Source: Thecamonas trahens ATCC 50062
Taxonomy: Eukaryota; Protista; Apusomonadida
DNA: 64,000 bases
Reading direction: 5' to 3'
Assembly: GCF_000142905.1 (NCBI RefSeq)
Contig: NW_013657666.1
Coordinates: forward strand, 196,631 to 260,630
The position numbers were made by a program, and so were the translations under genes. The notes below the pieces were generated by a model. The model made no database searches. It was not told where the DNA came from and was given only the letters and a program-made list of their open reading frames with translations. Shown here piece after piece: positions 50,401 to 64,000 of this stretch. How positions within the stretch are numbered: position 1 is the first letter of the stretch; each line of letters begins with the position of its first letter.

Positions 50401-53400
50401 GGCGTCCGCACCGACGTGGCGGCGTCGAACCACGCCGCAGCGCGAGTCAGAGCGAGGTTGAGCAGAGAGCTGCGCAGGCGCGGCACATGTTCGGCAAGGC
50501 GCCCGAGCGCCGCAGTCATCGGTGGCAGCTCTCCGGCCCAAGAGTGCTGGCCCTCGACATCGGCTACTGCAAGCAGCAAGTCGAGTACAGGTACGACAAG
50601 ATCATGCGCATCAGTGGTGGCGATAGCGCCTCTGGCGACCGCCGCCGCGAGCTCGTTGAGTGTCGACACTAGGCCTGTCCGAGCCCGCTGCACTCCGAGC
50701 GCAAACCGCAGAACGGCAGCCGCACGCCCAGTGGCATCGAGACTCGCCATGGGTGCGTGGAGATCAGCAGTCGCATTGGCCGTCACATCGCGCAGCTGGC
50801 CATGGCTGTGATTCGAGGAGAGCGCCGCCAGCGAGTCATACTCGCGGCTAGAGAGCTCCGAAATCGCTTGTTCAGGAACGGCTCGTGGCTCAAGTACGGC
50901 CGGGATGGAATGTTGGCCGGTGGCACTCAAGCCCGTGCTGAACGCGAGCAGTTGGGCATGGTCGGCTTTGGCAACCACAATGAGCGGCATGTCGCCTCCA
51001 AGCGCATGGTGGGGCGAAGCGTCGGGAGAGCTGAGGATAAGGCCGAGAGGGCGGTGAGCGGCGGCGGCAGCTTGGACCGCCAGTTCGGCGATGGTGGCCT
51101 CATCGCTCGCTAGCGGGGCGAGCCAGAACGATGGCACACTGCAGTCTGTTGTCGCCGGCTCCTGGGCCATTGCCGCAACTGGAAGAAGCCAGACAGTCCG
51201 CTTGCTGACCAGCGCCTGCTGCAAGGTTGCGGTCGACGGGGAGCTTCCAAGTGACGCTGACGGATCGTCGGCAAGGAGTGAGCCTGTGATCTCACACGGC
51301 CCTGTAATGAGTGAACCGACGTCCAAGATGACTCCGACGCCGTCGGCATCCACAGACGGGAGACCGTCAGGGCAGGCGGCGATGGCTGAGAGGAAGAACG
51401 TTCGCAGGCCGTCGTCGTCTGATCGCGATGAAGACGACTTGGTCGGAGGTGGGGTGGCAGTTGCCAGGATTGAAGCTCGTAGAAACGAGAGCACGTCGAT
51501 CCGGCCCGAGTCTGGCCGACGGCATGCCGCAATGTAGCTCGCAAACAACGGCGACGAGACCGGAAGGCCAGCAGCCGCAAAGTCGGTGACATCCAGAAGC
51601 CCGTCGTTGTCTGTGTCCAGCTCGCGGAACCGGGCCCAACCGCGCTCGAGGTGGTCGCGAGTGAGTCCGGCGCTTCGGGCGTCAGCCTCGAGGCCAGCAA
51701 CTTCGTTGGCGACAAAGCGCCGCGAGCCTAGCGAGATCTTGACTGAGAGCCCACCGGGAAGGTGTCGGGCAGTAGCTAGCTCGTCCAGCGCACCGACTAG
51801 CTCGCTGTGGGGCACTTCCCGGAGGAGCGGTGAGGGAAGGGCGGCCAGACGCGCGAGCTGCTCGATGGCCAGGGGGCTTGCGGCGACATGGCGGGGAACT
51901 AGCCAGGTGGTGACGGCGACCAGAGCTGCGACGCCGTCGGGGTCGCCTCCCACGACGAGCGGCGACAATGCTAACGCAGCGGCAAGCGCTGTCAGCAACT
52001 CGTGGTCAAGGCCGTCCAGTTGCGCAGGCCGGTGGGCCGATAGTACCGAGGTGAGCGCGTGCTGGACGTGGACAACGTCGCCGTCGTCAGTGAGCAGCGC
52101 AATCGTGTCGGTTCCCAGACTTGCAGTCGCGACAAAGCCAAGCGAGACGCCGTGGACAGCCACTCCGCGTATTTTGGTGGTTAGAGGAGAGCCCGGTGCT
52201 AGCAGTGCAGCGTCGCGGGGAGGTGGCGGCATGAGGCCCGTGAACACAGCACTGGCAGATGCTCCACCGAGTGCGCGCACGGCAGCAGCCGTAAAAGCGG
52301 TGCGACTCTCGGGTGGTGCACTGGGCGAGATGCACCATTGAAAGGTCCGCAGCCGCGACGGGATCATTGGGGCCGACCATCGGGAGTCGTCAAATAGAGC
52401 GTCTGCGGCAAAAGAAACGAGGTTGGTGTCATGGAATGCAAGAGATAGCAGCGCGCTGACAATGACGTCGGCCTCTTCAGGCGCGACGTCGGTGGCGGCT
52501 GAGTCGAGCAACTCTCGGCTGGCCGCTGCCGGTAGAGCATCCAGTACGACACGGCGAGCGAGGGGGCTCGCAATTGCTATCAGGACCAGGCATGTGGCAG
52601 CGGTAAGGCCGCAGACGACATTGTCGACTAGTGTGGTGAGAGCGGGCGCCGACTCGCGGGCCAGCGCACGCAGCGTCGGCCAGAGCAGCACGTGAGTCAA
52701 ACGCGGAGCAAGAGCGAGGCCCAGGAGCCAGTGGAGGAGCTCCGGTCCGAGCGGGTCGTGGCAGACGTCAACTAGATGGGCGACAAGGGAAGCGTCGACG
52801 TCACTGAGGCTGGAATCGAGTCGGACAACCAAAGCGTCAATGACAACTGCGGCCACGCAAGGAAGAGCACGGAGGAGCGGGCGAGCAAGCGAAAGCGGCA
52901 GCGAGTCGATTTCGGTAGCCAGCAACGGTGCGAGCTCGCAGCAGAAGTGGGCGTGGTCGGAGAGGACGGTGGCAGCGGCACGGAGGGTGTCGAGGTCTGC
53001 GTCGGACGGATGTGGCCCAAGGCCGGCGACAACGTCAAGGAGGATCGTAGGGGAGACCGGGAGGTCAGGCGCTTGCCAGTGCTGGGGGACGAGGGTGCAG
53101 AGGGTACGCGCGGCGTGACGGGTTGGTCGGTCAGCGTAGTGGATGGCGCGAACGAGATTGGCGACGCTGCGGGCAAAGGCCAACGAGGGGGAGGTCGGCC
53201 GGCCAGCGAGGTGCCAAGAGGCGTGGAGAGCGAGCGTGAGATGAGGTGAAGCAAGGATGATGGACGCCTGCGAGGCCGAGGCAAGCAGGGTGCGGAGTTC
53301 GGCAGCAAAGCCGTGTGGCAACAGCGGAATGTGGGTGGGGCTGGAGGCGACGCCAGCCCGCAGCGCCGGGACGGCAAGCATTGGCGCAAAAACAGTGCAG

Positions 53401-55419
53401 GCGTGCGAGAGAGCCGGCGATACAAGCAGGGCTGAGAGTGCAGTCGCGGTGTGGTTGATGACCGTCAACGCCATGTCAGGAAGAAGCGAGTCGTGCAGGA
53501 GAGAGGCAAATTCGAGAACGCGGCCGACGGCATCGAGGTCTGGCGACGTGAGGGCGCGAGGCAGGACGGCGAGCACAACCGCAGCAAAGGCCGGCGCAAT
53601 TATACCAGAGCGCGGCAGTGCGGTGATAAGGATGCGGAGGACGGTGGCCGGTGTGAGGCTTTGAAGAGCCGACGACGTGGCGAGGAGCGCGCGGGCGCAG
53701 CCTGCGACCATTGGTGGGAGAGGGGCAACAGATGATGCCGGCCCGACTGCAAGAGCGGCGAGCACTTTGCCGAGAGCAGCAGCCTGGTCGGCCGGCTCGG
53801 GTACGAGCGCGTGCCAGTTGGCGGCATAAAGTGCGGCAACCGGGCCCGGAAAGTGCGGTGCAAGAGTGACCAGGTGGCCGGCGAGTGCTGCAGTCGTCTC
53901 GGGATCGGCTAGCGGGAGCACGTGGTGCCAGACCAGCCAAAGCGGCGCCGGCGAGGGGAAGGTTGGGCGCAGAGCCGGCTTAGGACGTGAAGAAGGAAGG
54001 CGGCCCGGTCCGGTGAGGGTGGTGCGGCTGGAACGTGGGTGAGGAGCGCAGCAAGGCTTGCGATGGGTGTGTCTGCAGGCGCGGCGTAGTAGCTGGCAAA
54101 CGGCGACGGGGCGATGGCACTTTCAAAGAGGAAGGCGTCGAGAGCACGGTCATAGAAAAGCGGTGGTGGGGTGTGTGGTCCGAGTGCGTGGGGACGCCAA
54201 GCATGTCGCCGGACGCAGTGTCGAGCGCGAGAAGGTCACGGTGAGGAGGCGGAGTGAGAGCAAAGGCGAGCGCGGGGCTGGGCGAGTCGAGAAGAGACGA
54301 GCCCGGAGGAAGGGCGACGGCGGTGCGCGAGGTGAGAGAAGCAGTGGCGCGATCTGACAACGCATCGGCGATGGCAACGGTGTGAAGGACCGAAGAGGTG
54401 CCCCGCGCAAAGGTGGCGGTAGTGGCGACGAGGAGCGTTGGGGGAGCTTTCGGATGGACGAGGGCGGCGATGGTGAGTGCAGCATTGGGGCAAGGGATAA
54501 GCTCGGTGAGAAGGTGCGAGAGATGAGGTAGGTGCTCGGCAGGCGCACGAGGGTTAAGAACAAAGGCCAGCATGACCTCGGAGCCGCAAGCAACAATGAG
54601 TACAGTGTCATCGCACAAGACTGCTATCGACGACGGCGGATGGGCTTCGTCGGGGAGGTCAAGTTGTTGCGAGGTGAGCGTGACTGAAGATACCTTGCAG
54701 AGCGTGAGCAGCTCGCCGGAGGGGAGGAGGACAAAGTTGGCAGACGCGCCCGAGGCGAGCAGCGCCGACGACGAGGGACCCGGCAGTGTACACGCACCCG
54801 GAAGCGGGTAGCGTGGCAGGTAGGAGGTAGCAACAAGCTCACGAGAAGCGGTAGCGGCACCTGTGCGGACTGCATCTAGTTGGCTGTCTGAGAGCGCGGC
54901 CGGTGTGTCGAGGGCGAGCGAGATGGCGCAGAGCAGCGTGTCGGTCGAGGGGGCGGCGCGGGCCAGCGCGACAGCGGCATCGAGTGCAGCCGGGGACGGG
55001 TGGGCAACAACAAGCGACGAGAGAACCGTGACGGCGTGAGCGGCCAGGCCATCGCGGACGAGGAGAACACCGGGCGGTAGAGCGGAGAGGGCGGCGGTAA
55101 CAGAGGCGGCGGCTGCAGGCAGATGGTCGGGCGCCGCAGCATGGAGCAGCGGCAGCAGAGCGGCCAGAATGGCCGAGGCGGCACCGGCCGCCGGATCGCC
55201 CTCTGTCTCGCCATCCGCGCTGCCTGTGCCACCAGCACTTGGAGCGTGGGGAAGAGGATGCAGCAGTGGCGGCAGAGGGGGTGGCGGTGGTCGTAGGGTA
55301 AGAGGCCGCGAGTCGGGCGAGTCGTGGGCATGCAGGGTGTGAAGAATCGGCAGCGGTGAGCCTGTAGCGAGCCAGGGTGCGGCAGCTGCGGCCGCGCCAA
55401 CCCGTGGAGGTAGGCGCAT
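47494..55419 (-). CDS. Giant HECT E3 ubiquitin ligase (about 2640 aa) with an EF-hand-like loop; three frame breaks
   Basis: HECT C-terminus WKVAFRG...DAGGPFRE...FVQFVWGRRRL...LPQASTCWFMLYLPPWSS. ORFs 53980..55473, 49362..53921 and 47494..49689 join by adding one base at each of about 54170, 53956 and 49412. EF-hand-like DTDNDGLLD. Confidence 0.7.
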
Positions 55420-55622
55420 GTGGGAAGGGGGGGGGGGGGGAGGGGAGGTGGGGTGTGCGTGGTGGTGGGCCAATGGCCGTCACTCGTTCCTTCTCTTCCT
55501 TCGCACGGTTTGGCTCCGCCGTGTCGCACAGCTCGCGGCTTGTTCGGCGAGCACAACACCAGCGTACGTGACGGCTAGAGATTTGGCTGCGGTCACGGCC
55601 ACACCTCACTCACTAGCTTCTA

Positions 55623-56576
55623 ATGGCGGCGATAGCAGATACCGCGGCGCCGGCAGAGTCGGCGGTGGCTTACTTTGAGGGAGAGGCGACGGCGCCAGAG
55701 TGGCTGGAGAAGGCGGCTGGACAGGTTGAGGCCTTTGTGGCGGCCAGCGATGAGGTCTTGACGGTGGTGGTCACCTCGGGCGGAACGATGGTGCCGCTGG
55801 AGCGGCGAACGGTGCGGTTTGTGGACAACTTCTCGACAGGCACTCGCGGCTCGCGATCGGCTGAGGCCTTTTTGGCTGCGGGCTATCGAGTTGTCTTCCT
55901 CCATCGTGCCGGCTCGAAGCGGCCGTACCTGTCGCAGATGAGCATGGAGGCTCTGTTTGATGCCGATGGCCCAGGCGCGCTGGTTGAGACCGGCGACGGC
56001 TCTCTGCTGGTGCCAAACGAGTCGCCAGTGGTGGCGTGTGTCCGAGCCCGCCGCGCCGCCAAGGCCAGCGGCATGCTGCTGGAGATTCCGTTTGTGACCG
56101 TCGAGGACTACCTGTGGCTGCTGCGGCGGGTGGCGCAATGCGTGGAGAGCCTGGGCGCGCGGGCGATGATGTACCTAGCAGCGGCAGTGTCGGACTACTA
56201 CGTGCCGACAGCCGCCATGCCTGAACACAAGATCCAGTCGTCAGCCGAGGCGCTGGTGCTGGAGCTCGAGCCGGTGCCCAAGATGCTCGGTGCGCTGCAT
56301 GCGGAATGGGCGCCGGCTGCACTGGTGGTCTCGTTCAAGCTGGAGACCGATGCGGCGCTGGTTGAGGCCAAGGCACGGCGCGCCATCGCCAAGTATGGCG
56401 TCAACCTGGTGGTGGCCAACCGGCTCGACAACCGCAACGAGCTCGTCCACGTCGTCCACGCCGACGCCAGCCGGCCCGTGGTCGACGTCTCCCCAGGTGC
56501 GCCTGGCGAACCGATCGAGATTCAGCTGGTGCAGACTCTCAAGGCCGAACACGAGGCGTTTGTCAGGAACTCGTAG
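55623..56576 (+). CDS. PPCS: Phosphopantothenate-cysteine ligase
   Basis: VTSGGTMVPLE..TVRFVDNFSTGTRG, YLAAAVSDYY, HKIQS, VPKML, SFKLETD, VVAN. Confidence 0.95.
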   Translation: MAAIADTAAPAESAVAYFEGEATAPEWLEKAAGQVEAFVAASDEVLTVVVTSGGTMVPLERRTVRFVDNFSTGTRGSRSAEAFLAAGYRVVFLHRAGSKRPYLSQMSMEALFDADGPGALVETGDGSLLVPNESPVVACVRARRAAKASGMLLEIPFVTVEDYLWLLRRVAQCVESLGARAMMYLAAAVSDYYVPTAAMPEHKIQSSAEALVLELEPVPKMLGALHAEWAPAALVVSFKLETDAALVEAKARRAIAKYGVNLVVANRLDNRNELVHVVHADASRPVVDVSPGAPGEPIEIQLVQTLKAEHEAFVRNS

Positions 56577-56803
56577 CTGGCTTCGGGGCGAGGAGCTGGA
56601 TGAGCACTCCATCTCATCGGATGCGAATAAGAGCCAACGGCCGGCTGTGCTAACTGCCGTCGGCAACTGCTGACATCAGGTAGCCACTAGGCGGTGCCAC
56701 CTGGAATGCGACTCGGCAGCCAGCGGCTCTGTCACGTCCTCACCTCAATCGCCAGCCACACCACCACGTCGTTGTCCACACTTCACTCGGACACCTCCAA
56801 AAG

Positions 56804-61348
<4,545 letters not shown>

Positions 61349-61538
61349 TCCGTTGCAGTAACACGCATACACACCACCTCGGCGCACCCGCACACCCGTC
61401 CTACACCCTCTCATTTTCTTACATACATGGTACATCCTCTTTTTATCGTACTTTCGCACATGCCTCTTCCGTGCACGGCTGAACCCCCCGCATTTCGCCG
61501 CCAACCTCCTGCGGCTCCAAAACCAAAGTGGGTCAGTG

Positions 61539-61598
61539 CAGGTCGGTGAACCCCGGCACACGACCACCAGGTCGGTGAACCCCGGCACACGACCACCA
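61539..61598. repeat. 29-bp perfect tandem duplication between CDC48 and the ABCA start
   Basis: CAGGTCGGTGAACCCCGGCACACGACCAC, two copies. Confidence 0.9.
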
Positions 61599-61631
61599 CG
61601 CGACTCGCTCTGCTGCTGCCACTCCACTGGC

Positions 61632-64000
61632 ATGTCATCGACAACATCATCCGCCAGCAGCAGAGATGCTCGCGGACCGGCCGCCCGCATTTGCTTTCAA
61701 ACACTCACCTTGCTCCGCAAGAACGGTCGGACGTACCTGCGCTCGCCGGGCTCTATCGCTACCTTTGTGGCTCTCCCGGCGGCGGTCCTGATCGTTCTCG
61801 GCCTACTCGCCCTCATCTCGCAGTCCAACTCGGATCTGGCCACCGCCAACCGGACGCCGTCGCGGACTCTGGTCGGCGCCATCCCGGCTTGTACAGCCTC
61901 TGTGACCGGCGCCCCTTGTAATCGATTCGCCTACAACTACGCCGGCGTTCCGGTCGTCGACCGCCTCATCGGAGCCATTCTCGGCGCGCAGGGCATTCCC
62001 GCCTCTGATGTCGTGGGGCTGGCCGGCGATGCCGACGCCGTCGAGGCATACATGCTCGCCAACTACAACACGACCCAGGCGGCGTACATCTTCGACTTTG
62101 ACAACGTGACCCATGCCAACGCGCTCCCCACCACGGGGCCGTTCTACACCCTCATGGCCAATCTCTCCATCTACGAGGACGCATGCAGCGAGACCTCGGT
62201 CTCTGATCGGTTCTACAACTGTCCGCAGCCGGCCTCGCACCTAGTCCTCCCCATGCAAAAGGCGCTGCATGAAGCTACAGTCGCCGAGCTCGGTCTTGCC
62301 GCGACGCCTGCCTCTTTTGACGTTGCCTACGTCCAGTTTGCGCACCCGGTCATCATCGAGTCAGACCTTCGCGCCTCGGCTGTGGTGCTGTTCCTCGTCA
62401 TCGCCGCCTGCATCCCGCTTGTTATGATCACCAACGCGCTTGTTGGCGAGAAAGAAGCCAGGCTGAAGCACATGCTGGACGTCGTCGGCGTCTCGAGCCT
62501 CGCCCAGTTTGTCTCGTGGTGGATGACTCTGACGCTGCTCACCTTGCTCTCAGTCGTTGTCCTCATGATTGCACTCGCCGTCTTCCAGTTCCCCATCGTC
62601 GTTCGCAACGATCCCGCCCTCCTCTTTGTCCTTCTCCTCATTCACGCTTTTGCCCTCGTCTCCACCGGCTTTGCACTCGCCGCCCCGTTCAACGCGGTCA
62701 AGCCGGCGCGGACAGTTGGCCAGATCTACATTGCGCTCTTTGCCATCTCGGCCTCGGCCATCGCGCTTGTTCTCGAGCTCGACAATGACGTCGCAAAGCA
62801 GTGGCGCCCCATCCTCAACTTTGTCCCGCCGGCCATGCTCGCCAAAGGCATCAACGACCTCGCGACCGCCGCCATGCAGCGCTCAACCACCTCGGGCCTC
62901 TCGTGGGCTGATCGCACCTCCAACGCCACGTACTACCCGCTTGCAGACGTCTACGGCTGGCTCGTCCTCGACACCTTCCTCTACCTCATCCTCGCCTGGT
63001 TCCTCGCCAACGTTACGCCTGACGTCATCGGCGCACGCCGCCCGCCCTGGTTCTTCCTCACCCGCGAGTACTGGGGCTGTGGCGCGTCCACGCGCGTCGA
63101 CAGCCGCAGCCTCGAGCCGCCGTCGCTCGACTCGGACGCCGACTCGGACGTCGAGCGGCTTGCCGGTACCATCGTTCATGAGCCCGCGCCCGGATCGCTC
63201 CACGCCATCGGCATCTCCCGAGTCTTCCGCTCGATGTACGAGACCCTCACCTGCGCTTCTGGCTTCACCGCCGTCCACTCGGTCTCGCTCGAACTTCGGC
63301 CGAACCGTTGTTTTGCCCTCCTCGGGCCCAACGGATCCGGCAAGTCGACAACCATCAACATGCTCACTGGCGCCCTGGCCGCAACATCGGGCATCGTTGC
63401 CCTCGACGGCGTCGTTCTCTCGGAAGCCTCGCTCGTTTCCATCCGGCGCGCCCTCGGCGTCGCCCCGCAGTTTGACGTCGTGTGGGACCATCTCTCGGCC
63501 GCCGAAAACGTAGCCTTCTTTGCCCGCCTCAAGGGCGTACCCGAGTCAGCCGTCGCCGACGAGGTTGAGGAACGGTTGACCGAGGTCGAGCTTTGGGATC
63601 ACGCTAGCAGGCCCGTCGGTGGCTTTTCCGGCGGCATGCGCCGTCGCCTCTCGGTGGCTATGGCCCTCACCGGCTCGCCGCAAGTTGTGCTTCTCGACGA
63701 GCCATCGTCAGGTCTCGATCCGGTCTCGCGCCGAAAGCTCTGGGATGTCATCCAGCGCGCCTCGCTTGTCCCTGGCCGCATCGTCCTCCTCACCACCCAC
63801 TCGATGGAAGAGGCCGACGTGCTCGCCGACGACGTCGCCATTCTCGTCAACGGCCACCTCCGGGCCCTCGGCTCGCCGCTCCATCTCAAAACCAAGTTTG
63901 GTGAGGGCTATCGCGTCAAAATCGCTTGCCGCTCCAGCGACCGTGCCACGCTCCTTGCTGACCTCACCGCGGCGTGGCCCAAGTTTGTTCCACGCGCTGA
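61632..64000 (+). CDS. ABCA-family transporter, 5' part (runs off the window, so absent from the ORF track)
   Basis: QTLTLLRKN followed by a TM segment, VGEKEARLKHML, Walker A LLGPNGSGKST (about 63320), signature FSGGMRRRLS, Walker B LLDEPSSGLDP, and LTTHSMEEAD. Confidence 0.93.
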   Translation, partial: MSSTTSSASSRDARGPAARICFQTLTLLRKNGRTYLRSPGSIATFVALPAAVLIVLGLLALISQSNSDLATANRTPSRTLVGAIPACTASVTGAPCNRFAYNYAGVPVVDRLIGAILGAQGIPASDVVGLAGDADAVEAYMLANYNTTQAAYIFDFDNVTHANALPTTGPFYTLMANLSIYEDACSETSVSDRFYNCPQPASHLVLPMQKALHEATVAELGLAATPASFDVAYVQFAHPVIIESDLRASAVVLFLVIAACIPLVMITNALVGEKEARLKHMLDVVGVSSLAQFVSWWMTLTLLTLLSVVVLMIALAVFQFPIVVRNDPALLFVLLLIHAFALVSTGFALAAPFNAVKPARTVGQIYIALFAISASAIALVLELDNDVAKQWRPILNFVPPAMLAKGINDLATAAMQRSTTSGLSWADRTSNATYYPLADVYGWLVLDTFLYLILAWFLANVTPDVIGARRPPWFFLTREYWGCGASTRVDSRSLEPPSLDSDADSDVERLAGTIVHEPAPGSLHAIGISRVFRSMYETLTCASGFTAVHSVSLELRPNRCFALLGPNGSGKSTTINMLTGALAATSGIVALDGVVLSEASLVSIRRALGVAPQFDVVWDHLSAAENVAFFARLKGVPESAVADEVEERLTEVELWDHASRPVGGFSGGMRRRLSVAMALTGSPQVVLLDEPSSGLDPVSRRKLWDVIQRASLVPGRIVLLTTHSMEEADVLADDVAILVNGHLRALGSPLHLKTKFGEGYRVKIACRSSDRATLLADLTAAWPKFVPRA

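Overview
This is eukaryotic nuclear DNA: GC-rich, gene-dense (about 29 protein-coding genes in 64 kb) and intron-poor, with GT-AG introns. The style fits a free-living flagellate or amoeboid protist such as an apusomonad (Thecamonas-like), but that is an inference. The ORF track uses GTG/TTG starts and ignores introns, so I rebuilt several gene models by hand. Recognisable genes include CRNKL1, a CHK2-like kinase, SPC25, an APMAP-like protein, an SLC38-like transporter, RNase Z, PKD2, AlkB, cytochrome b5 reductase, an SNX-BAR, EXO1, INTS2, a USP protein, a giant HECT E3, PPCS, CDC48/p97 and an ABCA transporter. The main finding is a 566-aa LAGLIDADG-type intein inserted in frame in the D1 ATPase domain of CDC48/p97 (GESE|C...HN|SNLRK). 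Other notable features: (a) a protein with a Ki-67-type FHA, 14 CDK-site tandem repeats, an acidic block and four SAP domains; (b) a CHK2-like kinase ending in a linker-histone-like globular domain; (c) a receptor with a kinase-pseudocyclase-kinase tail; (d) bacterial-type AlkB and CPCC genes; (e) a His-rich, CaaX-terminated TPR protein. At least five reading-frame breaks are each repaired by adding one base to a short homopolymer, which most likely reflects sequencing undercalls. All family calls come from motif recognition by eye; no searches were run.
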